Source: Octopus vulgaris (Eukaryota). From it: a stretch of 64,000 nt of DNA. The first letter of the stretch is position 1; every line of letters starts with the position of its first letter. The stretch spans positions 14,074,001-14,138,000 of the forward strand of contig OX597840.1 of NCBI GenBank assembly GCA_951406725.2. The letters are read 5' to 3'. The notes beneath the pieces are model-generated. The model did not search any database. It was not told where the DNA came from and saw only the letters and a program-made list of their open reading frames with translations. Position numbers and translations under genes: made by a program. Shown piece by piece: positions 13,224 through 26,210 of the stretch.

Positions 13224-13512
13224 AGGCTCAGTGGTTAGAGCATCGAACTTACGATCGTGAGGTTGTGAGTTCGAATCCCTGACCAGGCTGAGTGTTGTGT
13301 TCTTGAGCAAGACTCTTTATTTCACATTGCTTCAGTTCACTCAGCTGTAGAAATGAGGTGCAAAGCTGTATCGGCCCTTTTGCCTTTCCCTTGGATAACA
13401 TCGGTGGGGTGGAAAGGGGAGGCTGTTCCATAAACAACCTTGCCTGGACTTGTGCCTGGGAGGGTAACTTTCTAGGTGCAATCCCATGGTCAGTCATGAC
13501 CGAAGAGGGTCT
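13224..13512 (+). mobile_element. tRNA-derived SINE, family D
   Basis: A box GGCTCAGTGG and B box GAGTTCGAATCC; second copy at 20718-21046. Confidence 0.8.
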
Positions 13513-13618
13513 CAGCAGCAGCATGTATTTTATAAATTTATCCTGTTCCTGGTGGTGGTCATCTTTTAATGCTTGTTCTCCATGCTGGCATCGACTGGAC
13601 ATTATATAGAGTATTCTT

Positions 13619-14012
13619 TTATTCTTTTACTTGTTTCAGTCGTGACTGTGGCCATGCTGGAGCACTGCCTTTAGTCAAACAAATTGACCCCAAGACTTAT
13701 TCTTTGTAAGCCTAGTACTTATTCTATTGGTCTCTTTTGCCAAACTGCTAAGTTACGGGTGTGTAAATACACCAACATCGGTTGTTAAGCGATGATGGGG
13801 GGGGGACAAACACAGACACACAAATACATACACATATATATACATATATTTGATGGGCTTCTCTCAGTTTCCATCTACCAAATCTATTCACAAAACTTTG
13901 GTTAGCCCAAGGCTATAGTATATGGCTCTTGCCCAAGGTGTCACGTAGTGGGGCTGAACCCAGAACCATGTGATTGGTAAGCAGGCTTTTTACCACACTG
14001 CCACTCCTACAC
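13619..14012 (-). mobile_element. SINE family B
   Basis: Multicopy similarity. Confidence 0.85.
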
Positions 14013-14129
14013 CTATATATGTAGTGGCAGATCTACCATAAAACTAATGAAGCTTAAGCTTCAGGGCCCCTTATCCCGGAGAGACCCTTATCTGAAGCAA
14101 CTTAATTTTTTCATTCTTTTTACTCTCTT

Positions 14130-14327
14130 TTTTTACTCTTTTTACTTGTTTCAGTCATTTGACTGTGACCATGCTGGAGCACCGCCTTTAGTCGAGCAAA
14201 TCAACCCCAGGACTTACTCTTTGTAGGCCTAGTACTTATTCTATCGGTGAGTAACGGGGACGTAAACACACCAGCATCGGTTGTCAAGTGATGTTGTGGG
14301 GACAAACACAGACATACAAACATATAT

Positions 14328-14382
<55 letters not shown>

Positions 14383-14547
14383 CATATACGATGGGCTTCT
14401 TTCAGTTTCCGTCTACCAAATCCATTCACAAGGTATTGGTCAGCCTGAGGCTATAGTAGAAGACACTTGCCCAAGGTGCCACGCAGTAGGACTGAACCCG
14501 GAACCATGTGGTTCGTAAGCAAGTTTCTTACCACACAGCCACTCCTA
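14130..14547 (-). mobile_element. SINE family B nested in the hAT element
   Basis: Multicopy similarity. Confidence 0.85.
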
Positions 14548-15114
14548 GTAAATTTTTTTGACTTTGTGTTTTGCCATGCAGTATTGCTGTTACCAGTCCT
14601 AGAGGAAAATGTCATCTCATACTCCTACGTAGAGTCTAGACACATAGTGTCTAGCCATGTGTTGTTCACCTGCTCTTTCTACCAGTGTGGAATAGCATGA
14701 AAAATAAAAGTACAAATGACTTGCAGATAATTCACTTTACTTGAATTATTTTGGAAACTTCGGCCCTGCCCCTCCCATTGTCAAATATGTCTACTACTAC
14801 ATCAACATGGTAGAGATAAGAATTCTTATTTTCACACCATTATTTAATGACCAATGAAAGGGTTTGCCTCCTAATTTTATGAATAATTCTTCATTTATGA
14901 CTATATATTAAGTTGTGGACCCTTATCTTGATCGATCTCTGTCTCACTGTGGCTAATGAAAGGATTACCCCAATTTGTTTTTCACATGGGTCTAGACCCC
15001 TAGAGGAATAGCAATGTCTTTAATTAAGTACTAAAGCTGATCCCAGAAACACCAACTCAAGGAAAAGCAATCAACGAAATTTCTAAATGTCAAAAACTAT
15101 CAAACTATTTTACA

Positions 15115-17259
15115 ATGTCAAGTAAAAGTTTGTTATCATCTGCAACTGAAAGAAAGCATGCAAGCACCAGTGAAGACAATGACAGGGTACAAAGCATGAG
15201 TGCTCTGTTTAGCAGTAATGTACCTACTGTTGACACTTTTGGTGCAGATGATGATCAAGGTGGTCAAGAACTTGGAGAAAAGAGAGAGCAGAAACAGGAA
15301 ACAGGAAGCAAATTTAGGGATTTCAAAGAATACAGTGACCTGGCAAACTGGCCCGAAACAATTGATAAGGGTTTTACACAAAACTGGTTAATGCAAGACA
15401 TCATTTTTTTTTTTTTTAAAAAAAAAAAAAGCAAAAAAAAAACCAGATAATGTATATACTGAATCTAACAAGATTTACAAACACCAAAATCGAAGTTTCT
15501 CAAACAAGTACTATTTTGGAGTGCTAAAAAGAGTTGTAGTAGTTATAAAGTTTTGAAGTGAAATAGGTGGGTTTAAAGGTCATGAGAAAAAGTGGGGCTC
15601 CCTAAACAATGGAAATTTCATGAGGGCCATTGAGCTTATTGTGGAGTTTGACCCATTTTTATATGAACATTTAGAGAAATGTAAAAATGAAAAAATAAAT
15701 ATTACCTACCTATCCAAATGCATGTATGAAGAATTGATAGAAATTATGGGAAAACAGGAAAGATGAAGTGGTGACTCAGATCAACAACCTAGACATCAAA
15801 TACTACTCAATTATTGTTGACTCTACACCTGATGTGACACATGTTGACCAGCTGGTAATTGTGGTTCGATACTGTTATAATGGAAAGCCCTGTGAGAGAT
15901 TTTTGCCAATAGAAAATCATTCATCCATGAAGTTGTTCAACAAAATAACACAGTTCCTGAAGGAGCATAAGTTTGCATTTGAAAATATCCATGGTCAGTT
16001 GTATGATAATGCTTCCAACATGAAGGGCTTGGAGAAAGGGCTGCAAGCACTTCTTAAAAACATTAACAGGTATGCAGACTATGTCCCATGTGGAAGCCAT
16101 TCACTCAACCTTGTTTGGTAAAAGGCTGTGTCTATGGTACCTGAAGTTGTTGACTATTTTGGCATTTTGCAGCAGCTGTATGCTTTCTTTTCTGAATCTC
16201 CTCGAAGATGGGGGATTTTAAACACACACAGAGGATAATCTAGCCTTTTCTCTAAAGAGATTACGTGTAACTAGATGGTCTGCATAATCTGGGCAATTAA
16301 AAATGAAGCAGTCCAGCAATTAAAAATGGATATTTTACAAACTCTGAAACTTATGTTTGAAAACTCAGAAGAGATGCAAAGAATTTATACCATAAGTTGG
16401 TAAAATTGGAATATGCTGCTTTAACAGTCATTTGGGAAGAAGTTATGGAGCATTTTAACAAAACAATTAAGAAACTCCAAACACCTGGTTCTGGTGTATT
16501 TTGAAGGTTACCTTCTGCTAGTGTCTTTGCTTTCATTTGCTAAAGAACAAGAAAATTCAGCTGACAGGATTGCATACTATGAATCAGTAGCAAAAGGTTT
16601 GTGAATAAATCACCTCAAATTATTCTGATGTTTCCAAACACATTGTTACAAAGAAATTTGCAGATGGAACAAGTGATAAAGATTCTTTGAAAGGGGTTTA
16701 AAAATTTAGTACAGAAGTTCTAAATCAAGTCTATGACTGCTTGAATAATTCATTTAAGCAAGCGGATGGTCCACATGAGCAGATTGCAAAAAGGTACAAG
16801 AGTCTCTCAGAATTAATGAACAATTCAGAATTTGATGAAGACAGTATCAAACTTATGATATCGCATTACAAATACGATATTGACCACAAATTAATAAATG
16901 AGTGTTATCAGTTCAAAGAGATTTTACACCTTAGGAAATCCTAAAACACAGAAAAAAACACACCATCTAAAATGCAATGCACAGAAGGTCTTCAGCTTAT
17001 TTATGAGCAACAATTGATTGAAGCATCCCCTAATATTACCATTGCACATAAGCTGTACTTGACAATGTCTATCACGAGCTGTGAAGCAGAAAGGAGTTGC
17101 TCAAAGCTTTCTTTTGTAAAGAATGAATTTCGGTCTACCATGACTGAAGAGCACTTAAATTCCTTATGCATATTGTCTCTAGAAAATGACATTGCAAGGA
17201 AGCTGTCATGTGACAAAACTGTTGCTAAAAAAGAAAACAGAAAAAAGAGCATTTTGTAA
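15115..17259 (+). pseudogene. hAT transposase pseudogene (ZMYM1-like / DUF4371 + hATC dimerisation type)
   Basis: Motifs GSLNNGNF, YYSIIVDSTPDVTHVDQL, GQLYDNASNMKG, YVPCGSHSLNL, and TMSITSCEAERSCSKLSFVKNEFRSTMTEEHLNSL. Many stops and frameshifts. Confidence 0.9.
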
Positions 17260-17508
17260 TTTTCATTTGTATCTTAATGATGCATCATGTATGTATATAA
17301 CGCTCCCCTAATTTTCAACCCCCATAACTCTAAAAGCATAAGGCATATCCTGGAAAATATTTGTAGTGATCTGCTATGGAACAACCTCATTGACAAAGAT
17401 ATCAGTGATTACCCACACCTCGTTTCTGGTGGAAAGAGGGCTCACTTTCAGATGCATTTTTAAGGACTGCACATCACAACTCCACCATTTGGGCTATCAG
17501 GGCCTTAA

Positions 17509-18596
17509 CCCTTTCGTTACCAAACCGCCCGAAAAAAATTTTGGTTAATGTGACCAAACCGCCCAAAGCCGCCCGAATTTACCTATTCATATTTAAATGA
17601 GAATATCAGAGCAAATCTCTTTAGTACATTCGTGAAAATACGTATTATACTTCGTAAACAGTTCATCTACAGTTTTGTACAAAAATCGAAGTGTAATTTT
17701 AATTCCGTGAATTTTGGGAGATTTGTTTCCGAAATTTGTTCCTATTGTGTTTTCAAAATTTGTAATTCTGACAAAAAATGGATACGAATTTCATTATATC
17801 AAGCAGCGAGTCAGAATTCGAAGGATTTTCTACTGAAGACCTTGATAAATCTAACTCTATGACTGAAAAAAAACCCACGTGGTATTTGATAATGAATCTG
17901 ATGTTTCATTTTCCGAAAGTGAAAACAGTGAATCTGAGAGCTCCGACAGCGATAAAGAAAATGAATTGGCACCTGAATGGAGTGAAAATTTAAAAACTGT
18001 TTCTTTCAGTGATTTTTCTGAAGAAACTGGACCAAGCCACAGACTTTCCCAGAAGAGTAAAGCCTTAGACTATTTCTTTTTACTTTTTCGAATGAGCCTA
18101 TTTGAAATCATTACGCAGGAAACGAACCGTTACGCTAAACGTAAACAAAACGAAAGAAAGGATAGTTAGTGGTTTCCCATAACCTTAAATGAAATTAAGA
18201 CTATTTTGCCATAAATATTATTATGGGTATCAGAAAGTTACCCAGAATAACAAATTCTATCGTAAAATTTTGTTGTATACCCAATTGAATATTAGCTAAT
18301 AACCCATTTTCTATAGCGATGTTTGAACAAAATTTTAATAATTTTATATTTTGTTGAATTTACCTGTATCTACCTGCAATTAGAGTCACTTTGTGACAAA
18401 AATTATAGTATAGAACTTCTGTCCTAAATTGGTTGAGAACATTTCATTAAATTATCTTCCAAAATTCACGTTAATATATTGATAAATAAAAAAGTCCTAG
18501 TTGTTTAATGAAACCAGACTAAATTTATGATTATGTTAGAAATTAATTGAAACACATAAGGGGTGTATTTTGGTCAGAAATAAAGTAACAAAAGGG
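17509..18596 (+). mobile_element. Internally deleted piggyBac element nested in the hAT
   Basis: TTAA TSD at 17505-17508 and 18597-18600. TIRs CCCTTTCGTTAC / GTAACAAAAGGG. PGBD-like N-terminus (acidic Ser-rich, ALDYFFLLF..EIITQETNRYA..W.P.T.NEIK) at 17778-18250. Confidence 0.88.
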
Positions 18597-19113
18597 TTAA
18601 GCTAGGGTTCCTTGCAAGGGCACAAAAATTCTTTGACCCTTGTTGGATGTTACCCTATTGCTGCTGGTTGTAAAGTGTGTGTGTGTGTGTGTGTGGGGGG
18701 CATAACATTTTAAGCTTCAAGGCCTCAATATTGTAGATCCGCCACTATATATATATTTAATATGTATAAATGTATTTATTATATTAAGCAAGTCAGGAGG
18801 CTTGAGATGAATATATTCATTTCACCTGATGGAAATCAACTGATGACATCAATATATTCTTCTCATACCTCTTTACTTCCTTTATATTCTATATACTCCA
18901 CATGAAATAATCATTAATAATTGGATTTTCTGGACTTCAGCTACATCGGTCTCTACATTAAACCCCTTTGTATTAGTTTACTATGGGGTTTTGGCCTAGT
19001 CTACTAAAGGAGCTTTTTTATCAATGCCACCAGGTTAGTTAAATCCATATAATGTGCAATAGATTTCTATGTATTTATTATTATCATCATCTGACATCAA
19101 TTTTTTGCTTGCT

Positions 19114-19747
19114 TTGACCTTTCCTCATTCAGACTATTCTGTCAAATGTAACATTTATTAACTCATATAGTTTTGAATTAAACATGCATTATCATGCAGC
19201 TTCAAGATTTCAATGATGCGATTGTTTATTTATAAGAATGACATTATAAGTTCAGTGTGAGCAGGGCCAGATTAAGACCCATCAAGGCCCTAAGCGCTTA
19301 AAAGATTTTGGTGCCCCCCATAAAAGATTATGTAATTCAAAATACAAACACTAACAAACCATAGAATAAAATTTAATTTTTCAAAACAAAACAAAACAGT
19401 AAGAGGGAAAATAAAGTTTTCCTTGTATACATCCACTTTATTTATATTTTTGAATTGCTAAGGGTGATCAAATTCTCAAAATTAGGTAACACATCTGCAT
19501 CTATATTTAGTAGAGATAAATGCATTCTGAATATTATTTCAGCAAGTTTGAAGTGATTTCTTTTGTGCCATAAACCATTTACCATTTCTATGGTATCCCT
19601 TTCTTTCCCTTGATACCCTAAGCATGGGCTTATTTTACTTAATGGTTAATCCAGCACTGGGTGTGAGAGGCTGGATCTGGCCAATTTGAACATAAAACAA
19701 GTATAATATTTTGCCGGATATAGTTGGTTTAAATACTAAAGGATTGA
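19114..19747. mobile_element. ~230 bp non-autonomous element (TTAA-type MITE-like) split by a hAT MITE
   Basis: Both halves match the split copy at 26696-26773 + 28010-28154. Confidence 0.6.
19262..19659. mobile_element. hAT-type MITE
   Basis: TIRs CAGGGCCAGATTAA / TTAATCCAGCACTG (11/14); 8-bp TSD AGTGTGAG/GGTGTGAG. Confidence 0.75.
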
Positions 19748-19967
19748 GGGAATCGGACTAGAATTTGTTGAGGCTGATTTTCTACAGCTGAATGCCCTTC
19801 CTGTTGCCAACTCTGTCCTTTTTTTCAAGCAAAGTAATATTTTCTGTTATGCTAGCTAGACATGTTTTCATAAAAGACTGGAAATGAACATCACTTGTAT
19901 GAGGGAAATACTCATTTACAAACAACATATAATGTCAAGATAAGGGTAAACACACATTCACAAACGT

Positions 19968-20698
19968 TTGGAGGGAACCTGTGAAAAGGGTAGACCCAGG
20001 AAGACATGGGATGAGGTGGTGAAGCATGATCTTTGAATGTTGGGCTTCATGGAGGCAAGTGAAATCATAGTAAGGTGGCAAACTGGCAGAAATGTTAGCA
20101 CGCAGGGCGAAATGCTTAGCGGTATTTCGTCTACCATTACATTCTGAGTTCAAATTCCACCGAGGTCGACTTTGCCTTTCATCCTTTTGGAGTCAATAAA
20201 TTAAGTACCAGTTACGCACTGGGGTTGATGTAATCGACTTACACCCTTTGTCTGTCCTTGTTTGTACCCTCTATGTTTAACCCTTTATGGGCAATAAGGA
20301 AATAAGTGAAATCATAGTCATGGCTGATGCCAGTGTCACATTACAAGCACCCATGCTGGTGGCACGTAAAAAGCACCCTTCAAATGCTGGACCTCACAGA
20401 GGCAATGATAAGTGACCGAGACCTCTGGTGATATGCAGGGCTTGAGAAGACCCATCAAGCCAAGTGAAACCATAGTTGTAGCTGATGTTGGTGTCATGTA
20501 AGTGAAACCCATACCTGAGACATGTAAAATGCACTCATTACACATTTTTGGAGTGGTTGGTGTTAGGAAGGGCATCCAGCTGTAAAAACATTGCCAGGTC
20601 AGACTGGAATCTGGTGCAGTTATCCAGCTTACTGATTTCAGTCAAACCATCTAACCCATGCCAGCATAGAAATCAGACACTAAATGATGATGATGATC
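19968..20698 (+). mobile_element. RTE LINE 3' fragment interrupted by a SINE
   Basis: EGTCEKGRPRKTWDEVVKHDL matches ORF 24744-25115; 3' UTR and (gat)n tail near 20690. Confidence 0.75.
20072..20303 (+). mobile_element. SINE family A
   Basis: 15-bp TSD AAGTGAAATCATAGT at 20057-20071 and 20304-20318. Confidence 0.9.
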
Positions 20699-20717
20699 AC
20701 ACACACACACACACACA

Positions 20718-21046
20718 TGACTCGGTGGTTAGAGAGTTGGGCTCACAATCATGAAGTTGTGTGTTCAATTCCTGGACCAAGCTGCGTGTTGTGTTCTTGA
20801 GCAAGACACTTTATTTCACGTTGCTCCAGTTCACTCAGCTGTAGAAATGAGTTGCGATGTCACAGGTGCTAAGCTGTATCAGCCCCTTTTGCCTTTCCCT
20901 TGGATAGCATCAGTGGTGTGGAGAGGGAAGGCCGGTATGCATGGGTAACTGCTGGTCTTCCACAAACAGCTTTGCCCAGATTTGTGCCTTGGAGAGGAAC
21001 TTTCTAGATGCAATCCCATGGTCATGCATGACCAAAGGCGGTCTTT
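20718..21046 (+). mobile_element. SINE family D
   Basis: Similar to 13224-13512. Confidence 0.8.
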
Positions 21047-21168
21047 ATCATATATACTCCTGAACCAGTTATGTATCCCACCTGTGAGGGATCGATGCTA
21101 GGTGGGTCGAAATAATTGTAGTGATTTATCAAAATTCTTGTATCTTCCATCTCCCATCACTCATTTAC

Positions 21169-21197
<29 letters not shown>

Positions 21198-21199
<2 letters not shown>

Positions 21200-21582
21200 G
21201 GCTGTGGTAAGTAGCTTGCTTACCAACCACATGGCTCAAGTTCAGTCCCACTGCATGGCACGTTGGGCAAGTGTCTTCTACTGTAGCCTCAGGCCGATCA
21301 AAGCCTTGTGAGTGGATTTGGTAGACGGAAACTGAAAGAAGCTTGTCATATGTGTGTGTGTGTGTGCATGTTTGTGTGTCTGTGTTTGTATCCCCCACCA
21401 TTGCTTGACAGCCGATGTTGATCTATTTATGTCCCCATAAACTTAGCAGTTCAGCAAAAAGCGAGCGATAGGATAAGTACTCGGCTTACAAAGAATAAGT
21501 CCTGGTCTTAATTTGTTCGACTAAAGGCAGTGCTCCAGCATGGCCGCAGTCAAATGACTGAAACAAATAAAAGCATAAAAGA
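21198..21582 (+). mobile_element. SINE family B
   Basis: Multicopy similarity. Confidence 0.85.
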
Positions 21583-21639
21583 ATGTATATACACACACAC
21601 ATGCATATATATATATATATACACTCATGTACATATGTT

Positions 21640-22060
21640 ATACTTCATGTGATTCCTTTCATATGCAGTTTTTCTTCACTTCATCGTATGTATATACTGA
21701 CATTGCACATCAGGTGGAGCATGGTTGCCTTATTTCCTCCATTCACAGCCCCTCTGTATTCAAGGCCCTTGTATTACTACTGCAGGTCATACACAGGCTT
21801 CATACAGTTTCCCTTTCACTGAGAGAGAAACCTTTTGGTACCAGCAGAAGAAATGGTTTCCTTTACATTCTCCAACCTGTTCACCTTCACTTACGATGCT
21901 TTCGGAATATTTTCCTCCATTGCTAATTAGGCCACCTAGGGAGAAAAAGCTATCTACTACCTCCAGGGACCCCTGGAGATTTCACAGAACCTATTTCCTG
22001 TGCACGTTTAGTGTTTATTGCTCCTGTGCATCTGATTCATGCAAAGTTTGCTTTCACTAT
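21640..22060 (-). mobile_element. Old RTE LINE fragment
   Basis: Decayed homolog of 25030-25420 (LLVPKGFSLSE; VVDSFFSLGGLISNGG). Confidence 0.65.
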
Positions 22061-22195
22061 TAATGTGCTTGGGAATGCATTGCACCTCTTGTGTATATAT
22101 GTGCATTTGCACACGTGTATGTGTGTATATGTATATTTATGTGTATGTGTGTGTGTGTATGTGTTTGTGTGTACATTCAGTATTACAAAGCCACC

Positions 22196-22228
<33 letters not shown>

Positions 22229-22679
22229 GCATTAAGAACCTAGGGGGTATAATCAAATGCTTACATCTGACTTGATTTCCACTGCAGTACTACTGCACTA
22301 TCTGCTGCACTATCCACTGCAGTTCTACTGCTGCAAAATATAAATTGCAGTAGTGTTGTTGATGCTGATGGTGAAGTTGTGATATTGGTGATGGTAGAGG
22401 CGATATTTTGTTTTTAAACCCCAGATCAGCTCTGATTGAATGAGAAAAAGGCATTCCAGCCATGACCATCCCAACTTCTTTTAAATGCAGGTCTACGGTA
22501 TACAAGATGTTTGCTATTCAAGACTGTATAGTTTGAGGGATGTTTGCTGCTATTTCTAGTTAGCTGAGCAATTGTTGCCAGACCCTCACAGTGTGATATT
22601 TGTGGTGATGGTGGTGTTGGTGGTGGTGGTGGTATTGTTGCTAATGGTTGTACAGAATTTAGTGACGTCATTAGATGCT

Positions 22680-22919
22680 TGTGTGTGTTTAAGTCATTAC
22701 AGGTGTTTGTGTGTGTGTGCGTCTGAGTCAATGTGTGTGTTAGTCTGTGTGTGTGTGTATGTATGTTTGCATGAGTGTGTGTGCATCTCTGTGTGTTGGC
22801 TTGTATTTGTGACTGTGCATGTGTGTGCGCATGTGTGTGAGTGAGTGTGTGCATCTGTGTGTCGGCTTGTATTTGTGACTGTGTGAGTGTGTGCATCTCT
22901 GTGTCGGCTTGTATTTGTG

Positions 22920-22961
<42 letters not shown>

Positions 22962-23117
22962 TGTGTGCATCTTTGTGTGTGTGTGTGTGTGCATTTTCAC
23001 ATTCAGAAAGTTAAGAATACAGACACACACATACAAGCAGACACACACACACAACACATGCACACACACACATGCACAGACACACACACACATGCACAGA
23101 CACACACACACACACAT

Positions 23118-23176
<59 letters not shown>

Positions 23177-23370
23177 CATAAATGCAAGCAAACACACACA
23201 CACACACACATACACACACGTACCCACACAGAGACATACTGACATACAAACACAGACACACAGACACAGACAAGCAGACATTCACAGCTGCAGACACACA
23301 CACACACACAAGCACTCTACTCTCACATACACACACACACTAACATACACAGATACATGCATACAAACTC
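22680..23370. repeat. (TG)n array followed by (CA)n array
   Basis: Direct inspection; includes three copies of a ~36-50 bp unit GTGTGCATCTCTGTGTCGGCTTGTATTTGTGACT. Confidence 0.9.
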
Positions 23371-23479
23371 AAGCACATTTCAAACTGCATCAGTGTGGTG
23401 CACGAGATAGATCAGCTGACTTCTGCAGTCAACAACTGGTGCACCTTCTGTAAGTGCAGGTCAATAGCTCTGAAATTGG

Positions 23480-24075
<596 letters not shown>

Positions 24076-24079
24076 ATTA

Positions 24080-25665
24080 TATCATCATCATCATCATCGT
24101 TTAACGTCCGCTTTCCATGCTAGCATGGGTTGGACAGTTCAACTGGGGTCTGGGAAGCAGAAGGCTGCACCAGGCCCAGTCTTATCTGGCAGTGTTTCTA
24201 CAGTTGGATGCCCTTCCTAACGCCAACCACTCCGAGAGTGTAGTGGGTGATTTTATGTGCCACCGACACAGGTGCCAGACGAGGCTGGCGAACAGCCACG
24301 CTCGGATGGTGTTTTTTATGTGCCACCAACACAGGTGCCAGACGAGGCTGGCAGACGGTCACGCTCGGATGGTGTTTTTTATGTGCCACCGACACAGGTG
24401 CCAGACGAGGCTGGTGAACGGCCACGCTTGGATGGTGTTTTTTATGTGCTACCGACACAGGTGCCAGATGAGGCTGGCGAACGGCCACGATCGGATGGTG
24501 TTTGTTACGTGCCCACAGCACGGAGGCCAGTCGATGCGGTACTGGCTACGGCCACGTTCGGATGGTTTTCTTATGTGCCACCAGCACTGGTACCACAAGG
24601 ATACAAATTCCATTGATGTTCATCTATTTTGATTTGGTTTGATTCTCACTTGCCTCAACAGGTCTTCACAAGTGTCACAAGAAGGAAGGTATGCACAGGT
24701 GGACTGACTACGTCCCAGGTAGGGGCCACGGGTTATGGCCTCACTAGTCTTGCCGGGTCTTCTCACGCACAGCATACTTCCATAGGTCTCGGTCTCTTTC
24801 CTTGGTGAGACCTAAAGTTCGAAGGTCATGCTTCACCACCTCGTCCCAGGTTTTCCTGGGTCTACCTCTTCCACAGGTTCCCTCAACTGCTAGGGTGTAG
24901 CACTTTTGCACACAACTATCCTCAGCCATTCTCATCACATGACCATACCAGCGCAGCCGTCTCTCTTGCACACCACAACTGATGCTTCTTAGGTTCAACT
25001 TTTCTCTCAAGGTGCTAACGCTCTGTCGATTATGAACACTGACATTACACATCCATTGGAGCATACTGGCTTCATTTCTTGCGAGCTTACGCATATTCTC
25101 AGCAGTCACGTCCATGTTTCACTGCCATGTAGCATGGCTGTTCGTACACATGCATCATACAGTCTGCCTTTTACTCTGAGCGAGAGGCCTTTTGTCACCA
25201 GCAGGGGTAAGAGCTCTCTAAACTTTGCCCTGGCTATTCTTACTCTAGCAGTTACACTTTCAGCACACCCACCCCCGCTACTGACTTGGTCTCCTAGGTA
25301 ATGGAAGCTATCAACTACTTCTAGTTTGTCTCCCTGGAAAGTGGTAGGAAGTTGGTCTCTGCACATTTCAGTGTTTATTTCTCCTGAGCATCTGCCACAT
25401 ACGAAAACTATCTTCCCAGTTAGCCTACCTTTGACATTGCTGCACCTCTTATGTGTCCATAGCTTACACTGGGTACATCTTATAGAGTTTCTACCTACAC
25501 CTTTTCTACAGATCGAGCAGGGCCATCTTCCTGAAGTCGTTTGTGATTGGTCCACCTTCCTACTGATTAGGACTTTGGTTTTGGCTAGGTTGATTCTAAG
25601 GCCCTTCGATTCTAATCCTTGTTTCCACACCTGAAACTTCTCCTCCACCTGAAACTTCTCCTTCA
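24080..25665 (-). mobile_element. 5'-truncated RTE-clade LINE (RT C-terminus, 3' UTR, (GAT)n tail)
   Basis: ORFs 25106-25681 and 24744-25115: GLRINLAKTKV, VVDSFHYLGD, KGRLYDACVRTAMLHGSETW, RRLRWYGHVMR, GRGRPRKTW. One frameshift. Confidence 0.92.
24251..24590. repeat. ~66-bp tandem repeat (4-5 copies) in the RTE 3' UTR
   Basis: TTTATGTGCCACCGACACAGGTGCCAGACGAGGCTGGCGAACGGCCACGCTCGGATGGTGT repeated. Confidence 0.9.
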
Positions 25666-26210
25666 GCTGATGTATATGCATGTTCAGGTACTAGTGTAAT
25701 AATGATAGTAATATAGTGATGATGATGGGGATGGTAGCAGGTAATATGGTGGAATGGTGGGGATGTAGTGCGGTGGTGGTGGTGGTGGTGGTGATCATAG
25801 TGGTGGTGGCAGCAGCGATGATCGTGGTGGTGGTGGTGGTGGTGGTGTGCTAACTATGCCGCTGCAGTGATGGTGATGGTAGTATAGAACCTCTCCCCCC
25901 ACCTCTACTGGTTAAATGTGTTGCCTTTGCCAGTTTTATCTCTCAGTCAGCCCTTGATTCAACAAACCTAAAATCAAAGGTGTTCCAGCCACGACTATCC
26001 TATTTTTTTCCAGACATAATATAACTATGATTACATTATATAATGCGTACTTCCTTTTAAGATGGTTGAGTGTGGGGTCTGAAGGAGATTTAGCTATTAT
26101 TTCAAGCAGTCTGAGTTTCCACATAGGGTATGATGATTAACCATTTTAGCCTGGCATGTCGAAACTTTTAGTTAGTTTTATAACCCTGTTATTGGGTGAA
26201 AGCCAGGAAT

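Larger units (their letters stand above)
14022..18747 (+). mobile_element. hAT DNA transposon with both termini, decayed
   Basis: 15-bp TIRs TAGTGGCAGATCTAC (14022-14036) and GTAGATCCGCCACTA (18733-18747), one mismatch. 8-bp TSD TATATATG/TATATATA. Contains a transposase pseudogene. Confidence 0.88.

Noticed and set aside
13224-13290. Possible tRNA gene (also 42238-42300 and 52899-52960)
   Set aside because: A/B boxes continue into multicopy SINE bodies with no acceptor stem; these are SINE heads.
15768-17259. Host ZMYM1-like gene
   Set aside because: Multiple stops and frameshifts, and it is enclosed by hAT TIRs and a TSD.
18820-18860. CTGATG..CTGATGA as a second hammerhead
   Set aside because: No downstream GAAA with closing stems.
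24251-24590. Regular repeats resembling a CRISPR array
   Set aside because: Units are contiguous without unique spacers, lie inside a LINE 3' UTR in eukaryotic DNA, and there are no cas genes.
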